A DNA stretch of 64,000 bases from Limisphaerales bacterium (lineage in GTDB: Bacteria > Verrucomicrobiota > Verrucomicrobiia > Limisphaerales > SIBE01), in NCBI GenBank assembly GCA_044225505.1, contig JBGAIN010000001.1, positions 19,642-83,641 of the forward strand, in the 5' to 3' direction. The notes below the pieces were generated by a model. That model saw only the letters and a list, made by a program, of their open reading frames with translations, ran no database searches and was not told where the DNA came from. Shown piece by piece: positions 21,967-32,179 of the stretch; within the stretch, counting starts at the first letter, position 1, and each line of letters starts with the position of its first letter. A program made the position numbers and the translations under genes.

Positions 21967-23364
21967 ATGAAAACCCTAACGTCCACTCTGCTCGGTGTCG
22001 CCGTCGCGGCGGTCAATATCTCCCACGCCCAAACCATCCTGACCAACTCTTTGGACACGGCCTTTCAGCCGCCTGCCCAGGCTTTCACATCCATGGTGGC
22101 GCTGCCGGATGGCAAGTACTTGGTTGCCGGTGACTTCCAATTCCTTGGCGGCACTTCCTTGAATCGCGTCGCTCGATTAAATGCCGACGGTTCGGTCGAT
22201 CAATCCTTCGATTCCGGCGAGGCCAATGGCTCAGTCAAAGTCAAAGCTTTAGCCGTCCAGTGGGACAGGAGACTGCTCGTGTGTGGGGATTTTAAGGAAT
22301 TTCGTGGTGCCACACGGCATCGGATCGTTCGCTTGATGCCTAACGGCGCGCTCGACGAGAGTTTTGTTCCACCCATGGATCCAACGGATTACCTCGGGTC
22401 TGGGATTGATGCGGTGGCCGTCGATCACGAGCAGCACACCGTTTACATCGGCGGCAATTTTAATACTTCAGGGACGACCTACCGAAGGTTTATGGTTGTG
22501 CGGCTCAAGGCCGACGGGTCGCTGGACGAAAACTTTCAGCCTCATCCAACCTCCGAACTTCCGGGACGAGTCACCGCGCTGGCCGTCGACGATCAGGGGC
22601 GGGTGTTGGTGGGCGGCCAGTTCGTGCGCGACTTCACGACTCTTCCAGGAGTGCGCCGCTTTCTACCGGACGGTTCCTTGGACGGCTCGTTCAAACGAGT
22701 TGTCATGGACCAGGAAGTGACCCGAATTGTACTCCAACCCGACGGAAAGATCGATGTGGGCGGTGCGTTCACCCAGGTCAATCAGCAGCCTCGAACAGCG
22801 GTTGCTCGGCTTCACCCGGATGGTTCGTTGGACTACAGCTTTAAGACCACCTCCGATCTTGGCAACCAGGGACATCGGCCGATAGTCAAGGATCTGGCCT
22901 TGCAGAGTGATGGGTGCTTGATCGTTGGCGGATACGTCGCCGCTCCTGGAACTTGGGATCCATTACTACTGCGCTTGCGTGCGGACGGCTCGCGCGATCC
23001 GGAATTTATCGACCCGCTCATGGCGGACACCCGCTCTGAGGACTTGGTGGAAGCGCTGGCTCTGGATGGCAATGGAAGCCTCGCTTTCGGCGGACGCTTC
23101 AAGCTTTCAGGCCAGACCACGGCGGGCGGCTGTAGCCGCGTCTTCGCTGCATCGGCGCCCGCAGCGCCGCTGATCAAAGTGAGCGCCGATCAAGTTCAAG
23201 TTCGTCTCCAGGTGCATCCGGGATCCAGGCTGACCTTGGAAACGACATCGGACCTGGCGCTGGCCTGGCGTGCCGTCACCAGCACCAACCCGGTGGCCAG
23301 CGGTGTTTGGACCGTTCGCCAGCCAGCAGACTCCGCGGCGACGGGCTTCTATCGAGTTCGTTAA
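21967..23364 (+). CDS. Secreted delta-60 repeat beta-propeller protein with C-terminal FYR tail
   Basis: Signal peptide MKTLTSTLLGVAVAAVNISHA; repeated ARLNADGSVDQSF / LQPDGKIDVGGAF units; ends GFYRVR. Confidence 0.88.
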   Translation: MKTLTSTLLGVAVAAVNISHAQTILTNSLDTAFQPPAQAFTSMVALPDGKYLVAGDFQFLGGTSLNRVARLNADGSVDQSFDSGEANGSVKVKALAVQWDRRLLVCGDFKEFRGATRHRIVRLMPNGALDESFVPPMDPTDYLGSGIDAVAVDHEQHTVYIGGNFNTSGTTYRRFMVVRLKADGSLDENFQPHPTSELPGRVTALAVDDQGRVLVGGQFVRDFTTLPGVRRFLPDGSLDGSFKRVVMDQEVTRIVLQPDGKIDVGGAFTQVNQQPRTAVARLHPDGSLDYSFKTTSDLGNQGHRPIVKDLALQSDGCLIVGGYVAAPGTWDPLLLRLRADGSRDPEFIDPLMADTRSEDLVEALALDGNGSLAFGGRFKLSGQTTAGGCSRVFAASAPAAPLIKVSADQVQVRLQVHPGSRLTLETTSDLALAWRAVTSTNPVASGVWTVRQPADSAATGFYRVR

Positions 23365-23553
23365 AAAAGGAAAATGGTTTACCGCTGGTGGATGCATCGG
23401 GAGTGATTTTGCACAAACCTCCGGTCCGCTTCGCCTCACTAACTGACCTGGTTTCGTCGCGTGACTCATGGGCATCTCCAGCGATTTCCGGTGTCGTTCG
23501 TCCATGAGTCAACGATCCCTTCTGCCGCTTTTGGAATTCTCCGCTCCGATATT

Positions 23554-23756
23554 GCCCACGTCCTGCTCGCATGGGACATCCAACGCGGGACGGCCCTTTT
23601 GACGACACCGAAGACTCCCGGTCGCATCGTGACTTTGACATCTCCACTCTTCCCGAGGATGCATTGCGGGAGATCTATGAAGGCGTCAAATCGCGGGTGA
23701 GGTTCAATGCCGTCGTGGAGACCGGCGTTCCCGGGTTTATTCCGAGAGGAAAGTGA
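23554..23756 (+). pseudogene. C-terminal fragment of an aldo/keto reductase
   Basis: AHVLLAWDIQRGTALLTTPKTPGRI then a frame change to FDISTLPEDALREI...VVETGVPGFIPRGK; no N-terminal part. Confidence 0.65.
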
Positions 23757-23808
23757 AGTGCAGCAATTCGGAGTAACGCCCCGGCGGCCCACGTAGTGTG
23801 AAATCAAA

Positions 23809-24245
23809 TCACGAGGTTGTGAATCGCTTGGCCGTGAGGGAAAGCAAACGCAAGGTGGTGAAGCCCGGCGGAATTTGGAGGCTGCTTAATCCGCTACCGT
23901 CCAGGTAGAGTTCGGCAAGGTGCGGCGACTGCCCGCGGGCCCTGACAAGGGTCACTGGATTGCCTGCGAGCAGGAGGATCGTCAAGTTGGTCAAGCCGCC
24001 TGGGAATCGGACGTCGGATAGCAAATTATTCGAAACGTCCGCATCGGTGACACTGGGGACCGCACCCAGAAAATCGAGGTCCGTCAGTTCCAGGTAGCCA
24101 AGATTATGTGCCGCACTCAATCCATCGCGGCGGCTCACACGCGATCCGACAAGGTGCGTCAGGTTGAGTATGTCTGCCGATAGCAGTGCCCCATCGGGCT
24201 TCCTTAATGCTTCGCGGAATGCTGTCTCCGAATTCGGGTCGCCTC
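23809..24245 (-). pseudogene. Leucine-rich-repeat (internalin-like) protein remnant
   Basis: FREALRKPDGALLSADILNLTHL, DVSNNLLS, LTNLTILLLAGNPV, LAELYLDGSGL; no credible start or C-terminus. Confidence 0.55.
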
Positions 24246-24320
24246 CTCTACAGACCGCGTGCTTCACAGGATCAGGCGCCCCGAAGCAGCTCCAACCGTT
24301 GGAGCGGCCCCAGCTGTCCT

Positions 24321-24348
24321 TTGACATACAGTAGTGTTTTGCTACCCT
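24321..24348 (+). promoter_or_regulatory. Sigma70-like promoter TTGACA-N16-TACCCT, probably leaderless
   Basis: Perfect -35; -10-like box ends 6 nt before ATG 24355. Confidence 0.5.
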
Positions 24349-24354
24349 CTGGAC

Positions 24355-24728
24355 ATGAGTCAACCGGTGAAAGTCTCCGACGCGCTGGTCCTGGATGCCC
24401 GCCTCATGGGCGAAGCCACCCAACGTTCCATTGCCGGTCAAATTGAGTTTTGGGCCAGGATCGGACGAGCGATCGAACCGGTCTGCGAAGCGACCAGCTC
24501 CTGGCACCCTCCAAGGCGGCAAAGGTGAAACCTCTTTCAGCTTGCCTCCAGTCCGCTGATTCGCCAGAGGGTCGCCAGCGTGTGGTCGAACACCTCAATT
24601 CTTTGCCTTACCCGCACTACGAGCCAGCCCCTAATGAGTTGTTGGTGAGGATCGAGGCCAACGGTAAACGAACAACCGGACGGTTCGTCAATCGCAAGTT
24701 CGAAGCAGTTCGAGCAGCGAAAGAGTGA
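24355..24728 (+). pseudogene. ParD-like antitoxin (ribbon-helix-helix) with a frameshift near 24481; no toxin follows
   Basis: MSQPVKVSDALVLDARLMGEATQRSIAGQIEFWARIGRAIEP, continuing in another frame as LRSDQLLA...PYPHYEPAP...GRFVNRKF. Confidence 0.7.
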
Positions 24729-24781
24729 AACTTTCCGCCAAGAGTAAGAGCCCCCCTTGGTGAGGCAACACCCCTGGCAGC

Positions 24782-25030
24782 ATGGAGCCATATACTGGAT
24801 CAGCGACCGATCCTGGTTGCCGTGGCTGCATGACCTTTGAAGAAGGCGTCGCCGCGTGGACCGGCCAAGTCAGCCACGGCGAGATGGTCCGGGACGGGAA
24901 CGACGAGCGCATGATTCTCGATCCGAACAACCTCATGTTCCGCTATCAGGGAATCTCCAATGCAGATAACCGCGGCGACTACGGCAGGCTGGCCTACAAA
25001 CTGGGTCTGCTGCGCGCGGTCAAGGATTGA
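24782..25030 (+). pseudogene. C-terminal fragment of a GH62-like alpha-L-arabinofuranosidase
   Basis: WTGQVSHGEMVRDGNDERMILDPNNLMFRYQG...YKLGLL resembles the GH62 SHG-E end; N-terminus absent. Confidence 0.65.
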
Positions 25031-25052
25031 TAGAACCAACCAACCAGACCCC

Positions 25053-26237
25053 ATGAAGCCCCGTGATTTCCTTACCGGTTTGTGCCTGCTGATCCCGCTG
25101 CTCGCCCGATCGCAGCAGGCCAACGTGAACCTCGACTACAACCCGCAGAAGAACACGCATAACCTTGTTCCGTTTAGCGCACCGCTCAATTCACCCGACG
25201 TGCGGGATGACCGGACGGTCGTATTCCGCTTGCGCGCGCCTTCGGCAAATTCGGTGCGCCTGGTCAGCGGCGCCATGCAGACAGCGCTCGGCACCAACGG
25301 CCAGTCCTTGAACTTCAGCAAGGGCGATGATGGAGTTTGGACTCTCACCATCGGCCCGCTGCGGGCGGACATGTATGCCTACCATTTGAATGTGGACGGC
25401 GTGCAAATGGCTGACCCCAATAACACCTGCGCGGCCTTCACGGCCATGCCGCCCTACAGTGAACTCATCGTTCACGGCGACGGCCCGGCCTACTACGACG
25501 CCCGCAACGTCCCACACGGCACAGTGACGCGCCATGTGTATCACTCCGAAGTGACCCAGGGCGAACGCGAGCTTTACGTTTACACTCCACCCGGTTACGA
25601 CCGCACCAAGACTTATCCCGTGCTTTACCTCGTCGGGGGCAGCGGCGAACTGCCTTCGAACTGGATTTACGATGGCCGCGCCAATTTCATCATGGACAAT
25701 CTCCTCGCGGAGAAGAAAGCCGAGCCCATGGTGATCGTTATTTTCAACAATCAGGTCCTTCACCGGAACCACCCGAAACATGCGGACCTGACCTTCAAGA
25801 TATTTGAGGACGAAATGCGACGGTCGGTGATTCCGTTGGCGGAAAAGGAATACTCAGTGCGCCGCGACCCGAAAGGGCGCGCGCTTTCGGGTTTATCCAT
25901 GGGAGGCAGGCACACGATGTTCGTCGGCTTCAACTCGCTCGATTTGTTCGCCTCGTTCGGAGTGCTCAGTGCGGGCGATGTGGACGCCGAGAAGAGCTTG
26001 TCCGATTTTCTCAACGATCCGGACGTGAACAAGAAAGTGGATTACATCTTCCTCGGGCAAGGCCCGGCCGAGGCGGGCGGGCGAATGGGCGAACGCTGCA
26101 TCGCGCTCCACAAGGCCCTGACGAAGCACAACATCAAGCATGAGTATTACGTCGGTGGCGAGAGCGCCCATGATTGGTCCACCTGGCGACATCTGTTGTA
26201 TTACCGCTTCCTGCCAAAGCTCTGGCGGCAGAACTGA
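25053..26237 (+). CDS. Secreted CBM48-like domain + CE1/Fes-family esterase
   Basis: Signal peptide, VVFRLRAPSA...GVWTLTIGPL...DPNN, VYTPPGY, YPVLYL, GLSMGG nucleophile, HDWSTWR. Confidence 0.9.
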   Translation: MKPRDFLTGLCLLIPLLARSQQANVNLDYNPQKNTHNLVPFSAPLNSPDVRDDRTVVFRLRAPSANSVRLVSGAMQTALGTNGQSLNFSKGDDGVWTLTIGPLRADMYAYHLNVDGVQMADPNNTCAAFTAMPPYSELIVHGDGPAYYDARNVPHGTVTRHVYHSEVTQGERELYVYTPPGYDRTKTYPVLYLVGGSGELPSNWIYDGRANFIMDNLLAEKKAEPMVIVIFNNQVLHRNHPKHADLTFKIFEDEMRRSVIPLAEKEYSVRRDPKGRALSGLSMGGRHTMFVGFNSLDLFASFGVLSAGDVDAEKSLSDFLNDPDVNKKVDYIFLGQGPAEAGGRMGERCIALHKALTKHNIKHEYYVGGESAHDWSTWRHLLYYRFLPKLWRQN

Positions 26238-26554
26238 GCCGCTCGCCCGACCGCAAAGCAAAAGCATTAAGGCTGCCACCGATCAAACTATGCGTGAAAT
26301 GGCGGTTAATAATGGCTGCGACCGGCCTTACGAAACTCTCGACGCATTAGGAGCCAAGTGAGCGTTCAAGACCTCAGAAATGCTGGTTCGCAAGCCCAAT
26401 GAGGTCGGTTCATGCGGGACACTGTTCAACTGGCTCTCTGGAAGGCCGTCCCGTGCCGCGATTGGTGTGCTTAAGATTTTAAGCGGCCGTCTTCCATTTC
26501 GTAAATTTTATCAAAGACGTCCAAGGAGCGTTGGTCGTGTGTTGCGACTAGAAC

Positions 26555-26661
26555 CGCCGCGCCGCGCGGCTGCGAGTCTTTCAAATCCGAATATCGTCCA
26601 CCTCGACGAAATCGGTGAGCATAAAGGGCAGCACTATTTCAGTATGGGCGTTCCGGTCTGA
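26555..26661 (+). pseudogene. Short Ser/Thr kinase fragment
   Basis: RAAASLSNPNIVHLDEIGEHKGQHYFSM parallels RAASTLQHPGIVAIHEVAEEDGQHFFSM in the 16608 kinase. Confidence 0.6.
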
Positions 26662-26665
26662 TTAA

Positions 26666-27784
26666 TCAAGGAGAATTGAGGACTGCTCTGGCTAAATGAT
26701 CCGCGAATGCGCCGATGTCGGTGGCATTGGTGTTGCCAAGAATGACAATTGTGATTCCGTCTGCGAGAATCCGGTAGACAACTCCGTTGGCACCCAGGAT
26801 ACCCCCAAATCGCACCGCCGCCCGAAACGTTCCGCCTTCGCGTTTCTGCTGCCAAATCCAAAGGCCATAACCGTATTCACCAAGTCCCGGAGTCAGCATT
26901 TCGTCCAGGGTTGCTGCCGGGTTCAAGAGGCGACCACTATACAGAGCATCCGCAAAACGTGCCAAGTCTTCCACTGTCGAAAACATCGCCCCGGCCGCAT
27001 ACCAGTTCTCGATGAGCACCGGAATATCGTGAATGAACTGCTGCCCGGAACTCTGTCGAAGATAGGTGGGTGCCAGTCGGTCCACGATGTCGCGCTGACG
27101 AAGCACGCCGCTGTTGTGGAGGGCGAGCGGCGACAGGATCCGTTTTTGCAGAGTGTGTTCAAACGATTCATGCGTCACGGCTTCAATGACTTTTCCAAGA
27201 ACGACGTAGTCTGCGTTGTTGTAGTCGAAGTGAGCGCCAGGTTTGTGCTGCACAGGACCGCTGGCGTAATTCTGGAGTAGTTCATTACTCGTATGCGGGA
27301 GCTGATAAAGCGGAATTCCTTCTTTGGTTGCGCGATCAAACGTGAGTTCCACGTCCGGATTAGCGAGTCCCGAGGTATGATTGAGAAGCGAACGAACATT
27401 AAGGTCAGCCCCGGCGCGATAACTGTGCAGGTAATTTGTGACCGGTGCGTTGATATCGATCCGGCCTTCCTCGACAAGTTGGAGAATTAAAGTGGCTGTA
27501 AACAACTTTGTGATGGAAGCGATTCGATACCGGGTATCCACCGCCGCCGGAATCTTGAACTCGCGATTTGCCAGGCCGAAAGCTTCACAAACCAGGACGT
27601 CAGCTCGACGTTGCACAAGCACGGTGCCATTAAAATCGTGATTCGTGGCGTAGGAACGGACCGACTCTTTAAGAGCGGCCGGGTCCGCTGGGGCTGCGCT
27701 CCCGCCTACGGCCATGGCGCAGAAGCCCAAGAGAATGGCGTTCTGCAATGGAAATCGAGCTCCTTCGATGCATTCGATACTCAT
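26666..27784 (-). CDS. Serine hydrolase, beta-lactamase class C / AmpC-like family
   Basis: IASITKLF (SxxK), LLNHTSG, FDYNNADY (YxN), AAGAMFSTVEDLARF. Confidence 0.9.
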   Translation of the reverse strand: MSIECIEGARFPLQNAILLGFCAMAVGGSAAPADPAALKESVRSYATNHDFNGTVLVQRRADVLVCEAFGLANREFKIPAAVDTRYRIASITKLFTATLILQLVEEGRIDINAPVTNYLHSYRAGADLNVRSLLNHTSGLANPDVELTFDRATKEGIPLYQLPHTSNELLQNYASGPVQHKPGAHFDYNNADYVVLGKVIEAVTHESFEHTLQKRILSPLALHNSGVLRQRDIVDRLAPTYLRQSSGQQFIHDIPVLIENWYAAGAMFSTVEDLARFADALYSGRLLNPAATLDEMLTPGLGEYGYGLWIWQQKREGGTFRAAVRFGGILGANGVVYRILADGITIVILGNTNATDIGAFADHLARAVLNSP

Positions 27785-28086
27785 GGCGTTACGGTTCGAT
27801 GGGTCACAACCCAATAAGCGATTGATGGGCCACTTGCTATATCTATAAACGGCATTGCGGATGAAAACACGAGATCTCCCTTCAATGTTACAGGTGGTTT
27901 TTCCCTAAGATCCAACTGCGCTCCAAATTTTCAGGTTAACGAGCACGCTTGAGTCGCAGACTTGTCGGGGGCGTGACCCGCGGAAAATGCCAGAGCTGAT
28001 TGGATGATATCAGCTCGAAGCGAGCCAGCTCCGACGAGCTGCTCCTCCAACGTTGCTTGGGATTTGCCGACCGACCGACGACGCCA

Positions 28087-28467
28087 CTATGTCGAGCACA
28101 AGCAGTCACTTCCAGTTGATGTGCAAGCGTCCTGGAGGACGGCCGACATCAATCCGCGAAAAGGGTAGACGCGCTTTGCCGACTGGCTGGAACTCAGCAT
28201 CGCTCTCGGACGAACCGCACAAACTCGTGAAGCACCTGGCTGGGGTTGTTCCGTGCCCAGGCGAATTTGTATTGATATTTGGGGAGGCGCCCCTTCAAAG
28301 GTAAGAATCGGACGCCTGTAGCTGGCCAGGTGCAGCTTGCCCGAGCAGCGACAGCCATTGGCTCGCTCGATTTCCGCCAAATCGAGATCGATTTGCTCAA
28401 GGAATGGATATAGTTTGGGGTTCGCCAGATGGTTCTGGCACCAGGTTTCTCCGATTCTAGTTTTCAC
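28087..28467 (-). pseudogene. Degraded Cys-rich hypothetical gene of a type recalled from transposase neighbourhoods
   Basis: LYPFLEQIDLDLAEIERANGCRCSGKLHLASYRRP then loss of frame; family assignment from memory only. Confidence 0.35.
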
Positions 28468-28483
28468 ACCTTAAATCGGAGAG

Positions 28484-28515
28484 AAAAACCCTCGCAGGGC
28501 AAGTCCTCTGCGAGG
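28484..28515 (-). terminator. Possible intrinsic terminator hairpin
   Basis: CCTCGCAG-N10-CTGCGAGG with an A5 tract on the left (U tract on the minus strand). Confidence 0.4.
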
Positions 28516-28659
28516 CTCCATCTACCGGCCGGGGATGTTCATGGAACGTGAGTGACTCCGCCCCAGCTCTAATCACCATCTATGCAAAAACGGCACCACT
28601 CTGAAGTCGATTTCCCTGCGCGCGCTCACAGGTCCAATAACGCCTAATCAAATACCGAA

Positions 28660-29298
28660 ATGAGAGCGTTGATCATCGGCGCCACGGGGGCGACCGGAAA
28701 AAATCTGGTGAATGTCTTGTTACAGGATGCGGATTACACCGAAGTTGTGGCGTTTGTTCGTCGCCCTAGCGGACGGACCCATCCCAAGTTTTCAGAAGTT
28801 GTCACCAACTTCGAGAATCTTGAAGATGTGGCCCGTTCAATCAAAGGCGATGTCTGGTTCTCGTGTTTTGGCACCATCCGGAGCGCCGCTGGTTCCAAGG
28901 AAAAGCAGTGGCACATTGACTACGATATTCCAGCTACCTTTGCCGAGATTGCCCGGCGAAATGGAGTTGCCAAGGTCGTATTGGTATCTGCCTACGGCGC
29001 TTCGGCCACAAGCAAAGTGTTTTACTCCCGCTTGAAAGGAACGCTCGACGAACGCATCGCCAGCCTGAATTTCGATCAGTGCATCATTTTCCGGCCGGGG
29101 TTTTTAATCCGAGAGAACAGCGACCGTTTGATGGAGCGTGTCACGGCGTTTGGATTGAAATGTTTGGATGTTTTGGGTTTGCTAAAACGATTCCGGCCCT
29201 TGCCTACGGAAACGCTTGCTCAGAAGCTGGCTAAAGCCCCCAAGATGTTCAAATCGCGAAAGCAGATCATCGAACTGGATGAGATATTTTCACTTTGA
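28660..29298 (+). CDS. NAD(P)H-binding protein, TIP30/YraR-like atypical SDR
   Basis: IIGATGATG, FSCFGT, IDYD, VSAYGASATSKVFYSRLKG, IFRPG. Confidence 0.9.
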   Translation: MRALIIGATGATGKNLVNVLLQDADYTEVVAFVRRPSGRTHPKFSEVVTNFENLEDVARSIKGDVWFSCFGTIRSAAGSKEKQWHIDYDIPATFAEIARRNGVAKVVLVSAYGASATSKVFYSRLKGTLDERIASLNFDQCIIFRPGFLIRENSDRLMERVTAFGLKCLDVLGLLKRFRPLPTETLAQKLAKAPKMFKSRKQIIELDEIFSL

Positions 29299-29454
29299 TC
29301 GTTCGAATGAACTGGGTTTCGGCCGGGCCTAAGGACCTATGCGGTGCAAAACAATGCATCGTGTCCGACTTTCCATTGGAGCGCGGGTTTCAACCCGCAG
29401 AGAGCTCCGAGGAGGCAGTTCACTAGTAAGCGCTCGAAGCATATCCGCCGCAGG

Positions 29455-29515
29455 CGTTTCAGCGGTTCGACAGGCTCACCGCCGGCGTCTCAGCGTTTCA
29501 GCGTTTCAGCTTTTC
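29455..29515 (+). repeat. Short tandem GCGTTTCA-type octamers around a GGTTCGACAGGCTCACC REP-like core
   Basis: gcgtttcagcggttcgacaggctcaccgccggcgtctcagcgtttcagcgtttcagcttttc between convergent genes. Confidence 0.55.
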
Positions 29516-29527
29516 TTCGAGCTCTCG

Positions 29528-32179
29528 TCATTTCGGCGAGATTCGCAGGGCCACAACGGCTCCACGACCGAGTTCCAGGGGCAGGCCATTCTGAAGTAGA
29601 GCGCCATACTCTTTCTTCTGTTCCCCGGTCACGAGGTTGGAGACGGTATACTGCTTGTTCGTCTCGGTCGTGAACCACTCCGGGAACTGATTGATGCGCG
29701 GATAGTCCAAAGGTAGATGCATCCGCGTTTTATGCCGTGGCTCATCGAATAGAATCCGCCCTGTCCACGGTTCCGATGTCGCGACATGGATGATGAGATT
29801 GTTACCGTCGCGCACTGCGCCGATGCACACGTCGTCCCGCCAGGGCTCAACGTGTGTGCCCTGCGTCTTCCAGAGTACATACATGAGGGTGGTTCGGGCG
29901 AAATTACCATCCCCATGCCAGCCTTCGATGACGCCATCAGCTTTTTGAAGCGTCCACAAGCGCCGGGTTTGACTGTCGACCCAATCGGCGGCGTCGGAGA
30001 TAGGCTCGCGATTGAACAGATTGATAGCGCCTTCGATGGAGTCGGCGTAGCCATCCGCGCTCCTATCGGCCCAGGGCGATCCGACGTATTTCCCTTTCAA
30101 GTGGCTGAGCGCCATGCGCACGGCATCTCGGTACGCTCCGGTGCCGTCCAATAAGAACATCGTGTAGAAGGCATCGTAGTCGTATCCCCAAGTATCGCAA
30201 AGTCCCTGGCCGTGACTGTTGGTTTGCGGGAAGATGGCGGTGTAAAACAGGCCATCCTCGTTCCGGCCCAGTTCCAGCACCTTATCGAGGAGTTCGTGAA
30301 AAGGTTTCTGGTAGGCGGCGCGCTTTTCGGGATGCGCCTTGCTGAGAGCGACCGATAGCTCCGACAGACCATTGATGACCTCACACCCGTGATCCATGAG
30401 CCGCAACTCCTTCATATCGCGCGTTGGATGGTTGGTGCTGAGCAGATAGAAATCGCCTAGTCGCGTGGCCCAATCTAGGTATTTGCGGTCGCCCGTGAAC
30501 CAAAAGAGTCGCGAGCAAGACTGCAACAAGTCACCGTTCACTTCAAAGTTGAGTGTCGGGATATTCCCGAAAGGCGTTGAGATTGGCGCATTCTTCCAAA
30601 TGTCGTCGATAATCCCCAAAGCCCGTTCTGACCACGGACAGGGTCCGAGCCATTCCGTGACGTAGAGAAGCCCATCCTTTACGTATTCGGCGCCGTCAAA
30701 AATGATTTCATCCAGATTTGCTTTTTCCCGGCGCCAGCCCTTCTTGGAGAAAGAATAATCGTCCGGCAGTCGGTCAATACGGCTGGTGAGGCGTGCCTCT
30801 GTCCGAAGCATCTCTGTCAGCCGACCTTCTAAAAGCGCCTGGTCGGTAAAGGCGGCCGTCAGAACCATGAATGGATAGTTGTCAGCGCCACAATCCCGGC
30901 CGTTCCAGAAATCACGGCTTTCTCGAAAGTTACGCGGGAAAAGGCCTGTCTCTGGATCACAATGCGCGAGCCAGCCATCAACGTAGCGCCGGCAACGAAA
31001 GAGACCTTCCGCGGCGAGTCGACCGTTCTGTTCCGCTTCCGCGAGCCGTTGGCGAGTCTGTGGGGGAAGGTTTGCCAGGGCATCGGCATCGTGCGTTCGA
31101 TCCCAGAGCATGCGCATGTGCGGGAATGCTTCGACGGTATCATTGATTGTCTTGGCAGCCTCAATGGGCAGGGGAGTGCCGTTGAACTGTGCCGCCAGCG
31201 CCGGGTAGAAATCACGACCATCGAAGACATGCCCAGCGGGATGAAAAGTCAGCGTGAAACGCGAGTCCACGGCTAAGGTCCGGTAGGCTGCACGGATCTC
31301 CTGCGCGGCTTGCTCGCCGGTCTCGATCGGGAATCCGCCAGGAGCCCGTTCCAGCGCTCCCAATTCGCAAACCAATCGCCGCGGCGCAACGCAGGCGAAG
31401 ATGTCCGCGAAATCGAAATTCTCTTCGAGACCGGCGAAGTTAAAGCATGGGCAGTGTCCGTTTTTCATATTCGCAACGGTCGTTAGCCAGCCACTGCTGC
31501 AAACGATGCTGAGCCGCTCGTCCAAGGCCGCCACATACATGGTGGTTTCGCCTCCCAACGACAATCCGGCGACGGCCAGTCGGTTCGTGTCGACCTCGGG
31601 GAGCGTAGTGAGGTAATCCAGGCTGCGGATGGCGTCCCAGGTCCGCTCGCCCATCAGGGACCAGTTCGTGTGTTGCAGTTCGTGCTGTCCCACGTCCGGA
31701 GCGATGACGACGTAACCCATTTCGGCCAAAACACGGCCGTAGCCATACAAACTTTGGCCTCGCACGACGTTTTCTCCCGACCCGCCATGGCCGTGAATGG
31801 CCAGGACCGCTCCGACTTTGCCGCTCGGTTGGGCAGGGCGGGCCACCCAAGCGTGGGCGCGACGGTCCGGCAAGCTCTGCAGCGTCAGCTCTTCAAGAAC
31901 ATAACGGGCTCCTGGTACGGATTCGCGGCGGACGACCGTGGGGGCCAAGCCGACGCGTTGAGGTTGAGCACCTCCCATCATGAGCTCGAAGAGTTTTTGC
32001 CGGACTTGGCGTTGCCAAGGGGCTGTTTCGGCGGGTGTGTTGCTGGTAAACCGCAGGTTCCGGTCGGCGGCCGCGAGAGGACCCGCTGAAACCAAGGTGG
32101 AGATGCCTAGCATCCAAGTGACGAAATGAGAATGGAACGAGAAGTAGAAACGAATACCGCAGTCCGAGCGGGTGTTCAT
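29528..32179 (-). CDS. Fusion of an alpha/beta hydrolase (dienelactone/acetylxylan-esterase-like) and a probable (alpha/alpha)6 glycosidase-like domain
   Basis: IHGHGG, GLSLGG, FHPAGHVFD in the N half; aromatic/Asp-rich helical C half with LFWFTGDRKYLDWATRLGD. Confidence 0.75.
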   Translation of the reverse strand: MNTRSDCGIRFYFSFHSHFVTWMLGISTLVSAGPLAAADRNLRFTSNTPAETAPWQRQVRQKLFELMMGGAQPQRVGLAPTVVRRESVPGARYVLEELTLQSLPDRRAHAWVARPAQPSGKVGAVLAIHGHGGSGENVVRGQSLYGYGRVLAEMGYVVIAPDVGQHELQHTNWSLMGERTWDAIRSLDYLTTLPEVDTNRLAVAGLSLGGETTMYVAALDERLSIVCSSGWLTTVANMKNGHCPCFNFAGLEENFDFADIFACVAPRRLVCELGALERAPGGFPIETGEQAAQEIRAAYRTLAVDSRFTLTFHPAGHVFDGRDFYPALAAQFNGTPLPIEAAKTINDTVEAFPHMRMLWDRTHDADALANLPPQTRQRLAEAEQNGRLAAEGLFRCRRYVDGWLAHCDPETGLFPRNFRESRDFWNGRDCGADNYPFMVLTAAFTDQALLEGRLTEMLRTEARLTSRIDRLPDDYSFSKKGWRREKANLDEIIFDGAEYVKDGLLYVTEWLGPCPWSERALGIIDDIWKNAPISTPFGNIPTLNFEVNGDLLQSCSRLFWFTGDRKYLDWATRLGDFYLLSTNHPTRDMKELRLMDHGCEVINGLSELSVALSKAHPEKRAAYQKPFHELLDKVLELGRNEDGLFYTAIFPQTNSHGQGLCDTWGYDYDAFYTMFLLDGTGAYRDAVRMALSHLKGKYVGSPWADRSADGYADSIEGAINLFNREPISDAADWVDSQTRRLWTLQKADGVIEGWHGDGNFARTTLMYVLWKTQGTHVEPWRDDVCIGAVRDGNNLIIHVATSEPWTGRILFDEPRHKTRMHLPLDYPRINQFPEWFTTETNKQYTVSNLVTGEQKKEYGALLQNGLPLELGRGAVVALRISPK

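Noticed and set aside
26666-29298. Integron cassette array
   Set aside because: No integrase, no convincing attC sites, and mixed gene orientation.
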